A DNA stretch of 63,282 nt, filler included, from Chthonomonadaceae bacterium (GTDB taxonomy: Bacteria; Armatimonadota; Chthonomonadetes; Chthonomonadales; Chthonomonadaceae): the NCBI GenBank assembly GCA_035650735.1. It is 4 parts of 4 records of this genome, joined end to end, with 100 filler letters (N's around TTAATTAATTAA, not from the genome) between each part and the next. Parts side by side here need not be neighbours in the genome. Positions count along the whole stretch, not along the records: positions 1 to 22,002 come from DASRGZ010000165.1; 3 more parts are not named here. One strand, written 5' to 3'. Both the position numbers and the translations under genes were made by a program. Position 1 is the stretch's first letter. Each line of letters begins with the position of its first letter. The notes below the pieces were generated by a model that was not told where the DNA came from, did no database searches, and saw nothing but the letters and a program-made list of their open reading frames with translations. This document shows, in pieces, positions 8,866 to 18,556 of the stretch.

Positions 8866-11397
8866 TTAGCGGCGGCGTATCTCGTAAATCTCCCAGGAAC
8901 GCGGCGCCATCGTTATCTCCGGCAGCGTAATGGTGCTGCCTCCGGTGAACCCGACCGGCTTGCCGTCCTTGAGGCGGACGATCTGAATATCGCCCGAATC
9001 CATCCGCACGAGATAGTCGGAAGGGCGGAAGGCGACCGTGGCCTTGTCGGGCCTATCTCCGGGGTTCCACAGGCAGATATACCCGTAGCGCCCGTTCAGG
9101 GCGTTGCGCAGGTGCAGCACGCCGTCAATGTGGGGCTTGGCGTTCGGGTCGCGCGGATCCCAGGGCTTGCCGAGCGAGGCGAGCGGCTGCGTATAGGCCA
9201 GCCAGGGCCGGTTGTCCTCGTTCCACTTGATCCACTTTTGCATCAGCGCCCGCTCCGCCGCGGTCATCTCATCCAGCTTGCCGTGTATCTCCACGTTGCA
9301 GATATAAGCGCCGATGCTGGTGAAGTGGTACTCCAGTGCGTTCGCATCTACCGGGTTCGTTGGGATGTGGCAGGGCGTCTCCCAGGCGATGGTGAAGGAC
9401 GGGCGCACCCAGGTTAGATCGTAGAGGGTGCGGCGGTAGATGTCGGCATTCTTGTACCACCAGTGGGGGTCGGCCATGCGTTTGGGATCATAGCCGATCT
9501 CCCAATCGCCAAACCAGCCCTCATCCTGCAAAGCGGTCACTTCCGGGCCGCTCTCCCAGCCGCGATCCAGGATGAAGCTAGGGTCCAGCTTGCGCATCTT
9601 GTCGCAGAAGGCGCTCCAGTGGTCTACCTGCGCCGCCATGCTGTGCCCGACCGGGTGATCGTGGGCAGGCACGACGCAGCCATCCTCAAACAAGCCCGAA
9701 TCGAGCTTGAGGAAGGAGACGGTCAGTTCTCGGCACAGGTCCAAGAAGGATTCGCTGTAGTTCTCTTCCCAGCCGCTGGTAAAGCACATGCCCCAGGTGC
9801 CGTCCCACTCCTTGACGCGGGAGCCGTCTGCGCGCTGGAGCAGCCAGTCCGGGTGCGCGGTGGCCGCCTGCGACTTCTCGCTGACCATGATGGGCGCCGT
9901 CCACAGGCCGAAGCGCATGTTCCGCTCGCGCACCAGCGTGGAGATGGGCAACAGCCCCTGCGGGAACTTCTCCTTGCGCCGATCCACGACCCAATCGCCG
10001 TACTTGCCGCTGTCGGGCGGGATATTGGTCTGCCAGCCGTCATCAATGACGAAGAGCTTGACGCCCAGATCGGCGGCTATCGGGATAATCTTTTCGCAGG
10101 TGGTCGCGTTGATGTCGCCATAGTAGCCGTACCAGGTATTATAAAGCGGCGGCACGCTGGTGGGCGTGGCATGGGCGACATACTGGCCGGTATAGAGCTG
10201 GTAGAGGAAGGCGCCGGTGGCCGCCGAGCCGTGATAGAAGCCGGTCAGCGCCTTCGGCGTCAACTGGCGCTCCAGGGGCCGGAGAACGTAGTAAGGGCGC
10301 AGGACGGCGGCGACGCTCTTGCCGTCTTCACTGACCTCGCTGGCGCCCAGGGGCGAGAGCACGGCGGTGAGCAGGCCGTCACGGGTTTCCGGGTTGGAGG
10401 CGACAAAGCCCGTGCCGGGGAATTTTTGCGTCTCCGGTCGGGAGCCGGGCAGCAGCCAGCGGTCGAAGGTCACCTGCTCCATCAGATAGTGCGGCTGGCG
10501 ATGGCTGACGAACATGAACCACTTGGCGATATAAGGCTCGTCGCCGGGATAAATCTGGTAATTGACGTCAATATCGAAGCCCTCGTACTTGCGCAGGCCC
10601 GACAGGCTGATGGTCAGGACCTTGCTGCCCGCCTCGCCCGCGTTAACCGAGTGCAGGACATAGCGCCAATCGCTATTGAGGTCCAGCGAGGGCGGGGCCG
10701 TGCCGACTTCGGCGATGCCGATGGCGCCATAGAGGCCGTTGGGCTTGCCGTGCCCGGTGAGCTTGATGCCGATGACGCGGTTTTTGGGCAGCAGGTCAAG
10801 CTGATAGGTATGCGCCCTCGGCGCGTCGGCGACGGTGTATTTAGCAACCTGCTCGCCATCCACATAGACCTCCGCTTCGTCCAGGGCATGATCCAGGATC
10901 AGGGCGTAGGCGTGATTGGCCAGCATCCGGCCCGGCGGGATCTCGTAGCGGAACCACCAGGTCTTGTTCTCCTGGTCGGACTTAAAGGGCAGCGTGACCG
11001 ATTTCCAGGCCGCATCATCAAAACTGGGCCGCAGCCAATTGATCGGCGGGAGTTTATCGGTGACTTTCCAGCCGGCAAGGAGCGGTTTTGGCGGCTCCAG
11101 CAGGGGCGCGACAAAGGAGATGCCTCCCTCCGAGTCGGGAGCGGGACGCAGGGTGCGGTTGCGCCGCAGGTCAAGGAGGCCAGTAGTGTGCAATGCGCCC
11201 GTTTTAGAGTCAAAGTGGATGGTGCGCGCAATGGCCTCATTTTGAAGCGTCCAGGTCAGGCTGTCCTTGTCGAAGGTAACAGCCGGGCGTGCCGTGGAGG
11301 TAAAAAAGTTGGCGCGGTGGGTAGCCTGCGCGTTGACGGAGATCAGGGAGAGGAGCAGGAGCAGCAAAGCGGCTCGAAAACGGCAGAGACTGGTCAT
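8866..11397 (-). CDS. Secreted alpha-galactosidase-like glycoside hydrolase (GH36/clan D) with N-terminal beta-sandwich domain
   Basis: Signal peptide; YNTW, LFVIDDGWQ, FPQGL, MRFGLW, FLKLD. Confidence 0.82.
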   Translation of the reverse strand: MTSLCRFRAALLLLLLSLISVNAQATHRANFFTSTARPAVTFDKDSLTWTLQNEAIARTIHFDSKTGALHTTGLLDLRRNRTLRPAPDSEGGISFVAPLLEPPKPLLAGWKVTDKLPPINWLRPSFDDAAWKSVTLPFKSDQENKTWWFRYEIPPGRMLANHAYALILDHALDEAEVYVDGEQVAKYTVADAPRAHTYQLDLLPKNRVIGIKLTGHGKPNGLYGAIGIAEVGTAPPSLDLNSDWRYVLHSVNAGEAGSKVLTISLSGLRKYEGFDIDVNYQIYPGDEPYIAKWFMFVSHRQPHYLMEQVTFDRWLLPGSRPETQKFPGTGFVASNPETRDGLLTAVLSPLGASEVSEDGKSVAAVLRPYYVLRPLERQLTPKALTGFYHGSAATGAFLYQLYTGQYVAHATPTSVPPLYNTWYGYYGDINATTCEKIIPIAADLGVKLFVIDDGWQTNIPPDSGKYGDWVVDRRKEKFPQGLLPISTLVRERNMRFGLWTAPIMVSEKSQAATAHPDWLLQRADGSRVKEWDGTWGMCFTSGWEENYSESFLDLCRELTVSFLKLDSGLFEDGCVVPAHDHPVGHSMAAQVDHWSAFCDKMRKLDPSFILDRGWESGPEVTALQDEGWFGDWEIGYDPKRMADPHWWYKNADIYRRTLYDLTWVRPSFTIAWETPCHIPTNPVDANALEYHFTSIGAYICNVEIHGKLDEMTAAERALMQKWIKWNEDNRPWLAYTQPLASLGKPWDPRDPNAKPHIDGVLHLRNALNGRYGYICLWNPGDRPDKATVAFRPSDYLVRMDSGDIQIVRLKDGKPVGFTGGSTITLPEITMAPRSWEIYEIRRR

Positions 11398-11582
11398 GCG
11401 GTAACTCCTGATTCTAGGGCCGCAAACGGAAATAGAGGGTCTTTTCGCGGCTCGTTCTGGCTCCCATTATCGGCCAGAGCAAGGAAAGTGCGGAGAGCGT
11501 GCGTGTTTGAGTTCTAGCAGAAAGGACCGCATTCCTGCTGATAGCGCGCCTGATCGGTAAAAACTACAGGGATTTTTCCGCC

Positions 11583-13796
11583 ATGGAGAGGGGCAGGGGT
11601 TGGGCTGCCGCGTGGGTACTTTGCTGGTTAGCTCTGTGGCTGTTGGGCCTGGGGGGATGGGCTGCCGCCGGGGAGAGGCCCGCGCGGCGTGTGGTTGTCG
11701 TGCTCCTTCCGGGGCTGCGCGCCGACGACCTGACGCGCCCGGAAGTCCCCACGCTGCGGCGGCTGATCGCGGAGGGCGCTTCCGGCTGGATGGTCAGTCG
11801 GGCTGCGCGCGTCACGGACACGCGCCTGCTGCGTCCCGATGGGCGCGACACGACCGCCTCCCTGCTCCTGACGTTAAATAGCGGGTCGCGGGCCATCGCC
11901 CTGCCGGAAACCGTCCCGCTCGTTCCGGCGCCGGATGCGGCCCAACCCGGCGCGTCCGCCCTCCCCGCCTCCACGCTCAAAGTCTTACAGGCCGCCAACC
12001 AACGGCTCGATCATCCGGTGCCGCTGGGCGCTATGGGCGATCTGTTTCATCGCGTCTCTCTCAGGACGGCGGCGATTGGCAATGCGGATGCCGGGCAGCC
12101 CCTCCCGGCTGCCTTTCTACTGGCGATGGACTCGGCGGGGCGCGTGGATTCCGCCGGAGATCGTCTGGACCGGAACGCAGAGGATGTCGCCGCGCCGTAT
12201 GGCTTTCGCGCCGACACGCGGGCGATGCTTGCCGACTATGCGCGCCTGGAGGCGCAGGCCGGGTTGATCGTCCTCGCGTTCGGCGACCTGGCCCGCGCCG
12301 ACCGTTACGCGCCGCTGTGCCTGCCGCCCCGCGCCGCCGCCCATCGCGCCGCCGCCCTGCGCGCCCTGGAGGCGCTGCTGGCGCCGCTGTGCGCGCATCT
12401 CCAACAGGAACGGATCGCGTCCGGGGTCGAGCGGCAGACGCGCCTGTTCGTACTGGCGCCCGGCCCGGCGGAGTCGGTGACGGACCCGCGCGACCGGCTG
12501 GCGCCGGTGATCCTCTGGGGCGACGGTGTAGCGTCCGGAACGCTGACCTCCGCCTCCACACGCTGGCCCGGCCTGGTCGTCAACACGGATTTTCTAGCTT
12601 CGGCGGCGGATTTTCTCGGGCAGCCTCTGCCGCCCGGCGCGACGGGTCGCCCGCTGCTAAGCCAGCCGTCGCCGCCCGACAAGCCGCCCACGCCTGCCGC
12701 CCTTCGCGCCGCCTATGCCGCCTTCCTGCAAACCGCGAACCTCCAATACTTCCTGGGCGGGCTTCCCACCGTGCAGATGTTGCTGGTGCTGGCCGGGCTG
12801 GCTTCGTTGTTCTGGCGGAAAGCGCCCCGGCTCGTCCCGGCAACGGCCCTCGCGATTGTCTCCCTGCCACTGGGAATGCTCGTGCTGCCGCCGATTTCGC
12901 CGGGCAGCCTGTGGGGAGCGAGCGCGCTGCTTGCGGCCTTCACCCTGGCGCTGGCGGGACTAGGCGCGCTGCCGCCGGAGGCAGAACGCAGGGCGCCGCG
13001 CCTTTTCTATCTCCTCTGCGCCGCACTGGTTCTCATCCTCCTGGCCGACCTGCTGACCGGCTCCGCCCTGCTGCGCCGGGCCTGGATGAGCTATTCCGTG
13101 ATGGAAGGGCAGCGATTTTACGGCATCGGGAACGAGTACATGGGCACGGCCATCGGCGCTGCCTGCGTTTTGCTGGGGGACATGGAGCAGAGAGCCGAAA
13201 GCCGCGGCAAAGGCGCCATGCCCTACCCTATTCTCTATTTCCTGCTCCTGGCGTTGCTGGTCGTGATGGGGCTGCCGAGCTTCGGGGCCAAAGTCGGCGC
13301 GATACCGTCGACGGGGGCGGCGTTCGGGGTTGCGCTGCTGGTGCGGTGGCGTGGGGAAGTGCGAGGCCGCGACCTGCTTCTCTTGCTGGCGGCGGCCGTG
13401 CTGCTGCTGGGTGCCTTTGCCGCGTGGGACTTGCACCACGCGGCCGGAGAGCAGTCCCACCTGGCGCGGGCGTTTTCCGGCGCGGGCGGCGGCAGCCTTG
13501 TTGGCATTGCGCGGCGCAAGCTGGCGCTGGAGGGCTATCTGCTGCTGCATAGCCCCTGGAGCGCCACGCTGGCCGTCAGCGCTTTCGGCCTGGGATGGCT
13601 GCGCCGCACGCATCCATGCCTGTTCGGCGTGGGAAACGCGCCAGGTTCCCACGCGGCGCGCGCGGCCTTTGCCGGGCTGGTCGCCGGCGCCATCGCCTCC
13701 CTGCTCTGCAACGATTCGGGCGTGACCGCCGCCGCGCTAGTTCTGCTCTATGGCTGGGCCTGGGCTGTCGTCCGTCTCAGGCCGATACGCGCCTGA
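11583..13796 (+). CDS. Polytopic membrane protein with N-terminal alkaline-phosphatase-like fold
   Basis: Signal peptide; SASTRWPGLVVNTD, RFYGIGNEY, NDSGV; many TM segments. Confidence 0.75.
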   Translation: MERGRGWAAAWVLCWLALWLLGLGGWAAAGERPARRVVVVLLPGLRADDLTRPEVPTLRRLIAEGASGWMVSRAARVTDTRLLRPDGRDTTASLLLTLNSGSRAIALPETVPLVPAPDAAQPGASALPASTLKVLQAANQRLDHPVPLGAMGDLFHRVSLRTAAIGNADAGQPLPAAFLLAMDSAGRVDSAGDRLDRNAEDVAAPYGFRADTRAMLADYARLEAQAGLIVLAFGDLARADRYAPLCLPPRAAAHRAAALRALEALLAPLCAHLQQERIASGVERQTRLFVLAPGPAESVTDPRDRLAPVILWGDGVASGTLTSASTRWPGLVVNTDFLASAADFLGQPLPPGATGRPLLSQPSPPDKPPTPAALRAAYAAFLQTANLQYFLGGLPTVQMLLVLAGLASLFWRKAPRLVPATALAIVSLPLGMLVLPPISPGSLWGASALLAAFTLALAGLGALPPEAERRAPRLFYLLCAALVLILLADLLTGSALLRRAWMSYSVMEGQRFYGIGNEYMGTAIGAACVLLGDMEQRAESRGKGAMPYPILYFLLLALLVVMGLPSFGAKVGAIPSTGAAFGVALLVRWRGEVRGRDLLLLLAAAVLLLGAFAAWDLHHAAGEQSHLARAFSGAGGGSLVGIARRKLALEGYLLLHSPWSATLAVSAFGLGWLRRTHPCLFGVGNAPGSHAARAAFAGLVAGAIASLLCNDSGVTAAALVLLYGWAWAVVRLRPIRA

Positions 13797-13810
13797 TGGA
13801 TCTGGCTCAA

Positions 13811-14062
13811 CTATTGCGTGCTCTTGGCCTCTCCCCCAGCATGGCCGGGGGCAGCCATAGCTGGCTTCTTATTGCCCGGCTTCGCGGCGGGATTTCCTGC
13901 CATAGCGTTCTGGCCTAGCTTCATCCCCTGGCCGATCCGGCCGATGCCCGGCCCTTCCGGTATGGGCCTGTCTAGGTTCTTGTACCAGATCACGAATCCG
14001 GCTAAGGCGATAACGCAGACGATAATGATGGCTGCAATGCTCGGAGGGATCTCCTTTTTCAT
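13811..14062 (-). CDS. Small single-pass membrane protein
   Basis: MKKEIPPSIAAIIIVCVIALAGFVIWY; GAGGAG RBS. Confidence 0.7.
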   Translation of the reverse strand: MKKEIPPSIAAIIIVCVIALAGFVIWYKNLDRPIPEGPGIGRIGQGMKLGQNAMAGNPAAKPGNKKPAMAAPGHAGGEAKSTQ

Positions 14063-14094
14063 CCTCTTCATCTCCTCTCAAAGTATCCATACAG

Positions 14095-14467
14095 GCCCCC
14101 ACCCCGGCCTGCGGCCACCCCTCCCCCAATTCTAGGGGAGGGGAGAGCAGAAGCCAGGGTTTTCCTCTGCCCACGTCGGTGTCGCAAGGCGGAGGGCCGA
14201 ATTATTGCAGCCCCGACCCTGGCAGTCAGCGGGCCTGGCTAGGCGGAGGCGCGAGCGAGCGCAGCGCCGACCCTTGCAGCGCCCCACAGCGGCAGGGTTT
14301 AGCCTGCCGAGAGAACAGAAGCCGGGTCCCCCCCTTCCCTAGCGAGGTACGAGCGGGCAGGATCGCCAGGTGTCGCAAGGCAGAGCCGCGAACCGTTGAG
14401 CGGCGTCCCTTGCAGTGGCGCGAACCATTGCAGCGCCGACCCTAGCAGTGGGGGCCGGGGGGTTAGG
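14095..14467. repeat. Composite mosaic repeat with four GA-hairpin modules
   Basis: Modules GC(A/T)AGGCGGAG-stem-loop-CGACCCT(T/A/G)GCAG; segments shared with 27055, 41143, 56368, 58931 and 63117. Confidence 0.8.
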
Positions 14468-14483
14468 AAATGAGAACCAAAGC

Positions 14484-16310
14484 CTAAGGCCGCTGTGCCG
14501 TCGGCAGCCTGCCGGTAATGCCCCGCCCTTCGGTGACGATGTAGCTGGCATCCGCCGGGACATCCTGGAGCACATCCTGCCGTCCGCTCGGCCAGCGGAC
14601 TTCCACCTTCGTTACGCGTGTGGCCGGGCCCAGGCCGAAGTAGACGCGCGGGTCGCTGTAGGACAGATAGCTCGACCCGCCGCGCACGGTGGCGGTCTGC
14701 CTCACGCCGCCCGCCGTGAGGACAAACCGGGCATGCCTCCCATCTCGATTGCTGCGGGTGCCAACAGTTTTGAAACTAACCCAGTGATTCGGGCTGCGGT
14801 CGCGGTTATGGAAAAGCTGCGCGGGTCCGTTCTGGTTGTTGACCAGCGCATCCAGGCGCCCATCGTTGTCAAAATCGCCGATAGCCAGCCCGCGCGCCAC
14901 GGTCGGCACAGCCAGGTCCCCCAGCAGCGCCGGGTCCGTGATCTCCCGGAAGGCGTCGTTCCTCTCATTATGAAAGAGCTGCTTGCGCTCTTTGTAGCCT
15001 ACGCCCTCCAGGATGGTGTCGGCGTGCACCTGGACATGGCCGTTGGCGACGAACAGATCGGGCCATCCGTCCGCGTCGTAGTCCATAAACTCGCAGCCGA
15101 AGGTCAGGAACTTCATGTGCGGCAGCGCCAGGCCCGCCTCCGCGCTCGCATCCTGGAATCGCCCGCCGCCCATATTGCGATAGAGCATGTTGGGCAGATT
15201 GGTGAAGTTGCCCACGTACAGGCTCTCCCGACCGCTGTGGTCGTAATCGGCCACGCCGATACCCATGCCCGCCATCACCGCTCCGGAGCTATCGTAGGCG
15301 CAGCCCGCCTCAACGGCAACGTTGGTAAAGGTGCCGTTGCCGTTGTTATGCCAGAGCATGTTTGGGGTCAGGTCGTTGGCGACAAAGATGTCCTGCCGCT
15401 CGTCACCGTCGTAGTCCACAAAGGCCACCGAAAGACCGCGTCCCTTCGCCTTCGTGATGCCCGCCTTCTCGCTGACATCCGTGAAATGGGTGCCGTCGTT
15501 ATGGTAGAGCCGGTGCGTCTCCGCCTCGTAGATCTCGGGAGTGCAATATTCAGGACGATTCATCGGGTCGTGGCAGGGCTTATCGGCCTTCCAGGTCCAG
15601 GGCGTATAGTAACAGACGTAGAGATCGAGCCTGCCGTCGTTGTCATAGTCGCCGAACGCCGCGCTCGTCGCATAGCCGGTGCTGTGGAGCTTGCCCAGCC
15701 CCATCTGCGCGGTCACGTCCTTGAAGAGAGGGTGTAGGGTGTAGGGTGTAGGATGTAGGGCATTTTCCCCTTTCCCTTTCTCTTGTTCCCTCTTGCCTAG
15801 CTCGTTATGCAGCAGATGGTTGCCGCCGTAGGCGGTGACAAACAGGTCCTCGTAGCCGTCGTTGTCGTAGTCGCCGACGGCCACGCCCTGCCCATAGCCC
15901 AGGTCTGTATCCAGCCCCGACCCAGCGGTCACATCGGTAAACGTCCCGTTGCCGTTGTTGTGGTAGAGGGCGCAGCGCGGGCGGTTCGTGACCGTGCCGG
16001 GCGGCTCCGAAGGGCCGGACTGGACTAAGAAGACATCCAGCCAGCCGTCGTTATCGTAGTCGAAGAAAGCGCAGCCGGCGGGCGTGTTCTCCACAAAGTA
16101 GAACTTGCCGGTCGCGCCGCTAGTGTGGACGAAATGAATTCCGGCGCGGTCGGCCACGTCCTCAAACAGGGCGGAGGGGGAGACGCCGGAGGTCACCGCC
16201 GCCTTTTGCGCCGCCAGTACCGGCTCCGTGCGCGATTTGAACCCACAGCCCGCCAGCGGAATAAGGGACAGGGCCGCAGCCAGAAGCATAACTTTCTTAC
16301 GCAATCGCAA
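14484..16310 (-). CDS. CRTAC1-family lipoprotein (FG-GAP/VCBS repeats plus ASPIC/UnbV)
   Basis: Lipobox LAGC; repeated GDYDNDG..D; C-terminal SYLS..VYFGLG..VRWPSG. Confidence 0.9.
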   Translation of the reverse strand: MRLRKKVMLLAAALSLIPLAGCGFKSRTEPVLAAQKAAVTSGVSPSALFEDVADRAGIHFVHTSGATGKFYFVENTPAGCAFFDYDNDGWLDVFLVQSGPSEPPGTVTNRPRCALYHNNGNGTFTDVTAGSGLDTDLGYGQGVAVGDYDNDGYEDLFVTAYGGNHLLHNELGKREQEKGKGENALHPTPYTLHPLFKDVTAQMGLGKLHSTGYATSAAFGDYDNDGRLDLYVCYYTPWTWKADKPCHDPMNRPEYCTPEIYEAETHRLYHNDGTHFTDVSEKAGITKAKGRGLSVAFVDYDGDERQDIFVANDLTPNMLWHNNGNGTFTNVAVEAGCAYDSSGAVMAGMGIGVADYDHSGRESLYVGNFTNLPNMLYRNMGGGRFQDASAEAGLALPHMKFLTFGCEFMDYDADGWPDLFVANGHVQVHADTILEGVGYKERKQLFHNERNDAFREITDPALLGDLAVPTVARGLAIGDFDNDGRLDALVNNQNGPAQLFHNRDRSPNHWVSFKTVGTRSNRDGRHARFVLTAGGVRQTATVRGGSSYLSYSDPRVYFGLGPATRVTKVEVRWPSGRQDVLQDVPADASYIVTEGRGITGRLPTAQRP

Positions 16311-16315
16311 TTTCT

Positions 16316-17515
16316 CTAGGGGCCTCCTGCGGCATGGGATGAAGTGCCGGACTGGCCGCGCTCTCCGGAGAGCGCGGCCAGTTGTCGGAGGGCCGCTTTG
16401 GCCTGCGAGTCTCCAGGGCGCAGTATCAGCGCGCGGTTCAGATAGTAGTCAGCCCGGTCATAGTCGCCGGTCTTGAGGGTCAGAAGGCCGAGCTGCAAGT
16501 GATTGGCGTAGCTGTCGGGCTCGATGGCGCAGCGCTTCTCCAGGCTGCTCACCCGGTCGGCATCCTGGCGCAGCGCGACAAAGCGCCGGCGGGCGCGGAC
16601 GGCCTTCTCCGGCTGACGGACCTGGTCGTAGGCGCTGGCGAGCGCAAAGAAAACGTCCGGTCTTCTGGGCGCAAGCCGCGCCGCCTCTTCCAGATAGGGG
16701 ATAGCCTTTTGCGGCTGCCGCATCTGCAGGTAGACCTTGCCCAGATAGAGGCGCGGCGTGGCCGCCTGCGGACTCATCTGTACCGATTTGAGCAAATCTG
16801 CCTCCGCCTGCGCTAACCCCTGCGGCATAGGCCCCTCGTCGAAGGCGACCCGACCGCGCAGCGCATAGGCTTCGGCGTTGTTGGGGTCCAGTTGGAACAG
16901 GCGCGCGATGACGGCGCGGGCCTCCGCGTTAAAGTGCGTGCCGACCAGCGCCCGGGCCAGCATCGCCAGTATATCGGGATCGTCGGGGCGCAGACGCGCC
17001 AGGCGGCGCAGGTACTCCAGCCGCCGCTTCTCTTCTTCCATCACGCTCAGCACGCGGGCCGCGATGACGAGCGCGCCGACGTTATTCGGGTCCCGCTTTA
17101 ACTCCCGCTCGGCATCGGCAAGCGCGGACAGCGGATCGCCGACCTTGAAGGCGCAATCGGCCAGGCGCACGTAGATATGGGGCGTATCCGGCTTCAGGCG
17201 TGCCAGCTCGCGCAGCGGCTTGAGGGCGTTGGCCCAGTCCTCGTGGGCACTATAGTACTCGGCGAGCAGTTCCCAGGCGGTGGCGTTGTTGGGGTCCAGG
17301 CGCACCGCCTCTTTCCAGGCCCGTTCCGCCTCCTGCGGACGTCCCATGCGGACAGCCTCCCGGCCCGCCTCCACCTGCGGCGCCGCAGGACTGCCCTGCC
17401 CCAGCCCGAAGAAGACGAAGCCCCACACAGCCGCCGCCAGCAGCACCAGAGCGACGGCCACCGCAGGACGCTTGAATAGAGAAGGAGACGAAGCGGGAAC
17501 GACGTGCGGTTTCAT
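16316..17515 (-). CDS. Membrane-anchored tetratricopeptide repeat protein
   Basis: N-terminal TM; TPR units such as EAVRLDPNNATAWELLA and LFQLDPNNAEAYALRG. Confidence 0.87.
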   Translation of the reverse strand: MKPHVVPASSPSLFKRPAVAVALVLLAAAVWGFVFFGLGQGSPAAPQVEAGREAVRMGRPQEAERAWKEAVRLDPNNATAWELLAEYYSAHEDWANALKPLRELARLKPDTPHIYVRLADCAFKVGDPLSALADAERELKRDPNNVGALVIAARVLSVMEEEKRRLEYLRRLARLRPDDPDILAMLARALVGTHFNAEARAVIARLFQLDPNNAEAYALRGRVAFDEGPMPQGLAQAEADLLKSVQMSPQAATPRLYLGKVYLQMRQPQKAIPYLEEAARLAPRRPDVFFALASAYDQVRQPEKAVRARRRFVALRQDADRVSSLEKRCAIEPDSYANHLQLGLLTLKTGDYDRADYYLNRALILRPGDSQAKAALRQLAALSGERGQSGTSSHAAGGP

Positions 17516-18549
17516 TCTTGCTTTCCATAGGCCGGGATAACCCACAGCGCGTTGTTATAGACGAAACTGATATGCGCCCCGTCGGGCAGCCAGCGCACGG
17601 CCAACGGCCCGGATCTGCCGTCGCGCGCCGTCTCTACGCTGCCCAACTCATAGGAGGCCAGGCTATCCCGGCCTATCACCCAGAAGCCGGTCGTCTTGCG
17701 CCCGCCAAGCAGCGCGGCGAGAGGCTGCCCGTACTCCAGCACCCAGACGGCGTAGTCTCCGGTCGGCGAGAACACTAGATCGCCCCTATCGCACTCATGC
17801 GGGGCCGGGAGAACAAATTTGCCGATGCGCGAGGGACTTGCCGTGAAATCGGCGGCGATAACGCGCGCCGGGCCGATCTTTCCGGCTCCGCCGTTCCAAA
17901 AGTTCGTCATCAGATGTCCGTCCGGTGTGATCATCATGCTGGAGACATTCAGCGTATTGGGATCGCTGGGCAGCAACGGGGTGATCGGCTTGTATTTGAG
18001 TTCTTTGGGGCTATCCACCGTGTGGAAGATAGCCTGGCTGAAGTCCGTCCCGTCATTCAGGATTTCGACCCATCGGAAGCCATCGAGCAGCCAGCGTTTC
18101 TCGGCGGGGCCGTGCGAGGGCGTCTGGAAATGTCTGGAGCCGTCCAGGGTCGAGACAAAGGTATCGCCCCGCGCGCCCGTCCAGAGCAGCCAGGTCCCCT
18201 CCGGCGAAATCTGCGCGGTTTCCGGCTTGCCTCCCGACGTTCGGAAAAGTTGGGTCAGCGCCGCCAGCGGCGTCTCATTCCCCGTCTTTAGATTACGGCG
18301 CACCAACGTCCAGTCCTGCCTGGCTGGATCGCGGAAGTACAGGAATTCCTGTTCGGACACCCACCAGTAGAACGGATACGCGCCGTTGATAGCGGCAACG
18401 CGCCGGGCATGGGGCAGTAAGGGCGTTTCCTTTGGGCGCAGGGAGAGAATCCCCCAGGCAGCCACGACGCCGATCAATATTGCCGCCAGCAGCCAGCGTT
18501 TTGCTTTGCGAGGAAACAACACAACCTCTTTCTTACTCTCACAGATCAA
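17512..18549 (-). CDS. Membrane-anchored hypothetical protein, TolB/beta-propeller-like
   Basis: N-terminal TM; QISPEG, VFSPTG, RWLPDG..ISF; overlaps both neighbours. Confidence 0.7.
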   Translation of the reverse strand: MICESKKEVVLFPRKAKRWLLAAILIGVVAAWGILSLRPKETPLLPHARRVAAINGAYPFYWWVSEQEFLYFRDPARQDWTLVRRNLKTGNETPLAALTQLFRTSGGKPETAQISPEGTWLLWTGARGDTFVSTLDGSRHFQTPSHGPAEKRWLLDGFRWVEILNDGTDFSQAIFHTVDSPKELKYKPITPLLPSDPNTLNVSSMMITPDGHLMTNFWNGGAGKIGPARVIAADFTASPSRIGKFVLPAPHECDRGDLVFSPTGDYAVWVLEYGQPLAALLGGRKTTGFWVIGRDSLASYELGSVETARDGRSGPLAVRWLPDGAHISFVYNNALWVIPAYGKQE

Positions 18550-18556
18550 ATGGCGC

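Noticed and set aside
9463..11517. Long antisense ORFs (also 307-1680, 3811-5166, 27212-28894, 34213-35616, 36538-38454, 49576-51000)
   Set aside because: Shadow frames opposite well-supported genes, expected in high-GC DNA; no motifs
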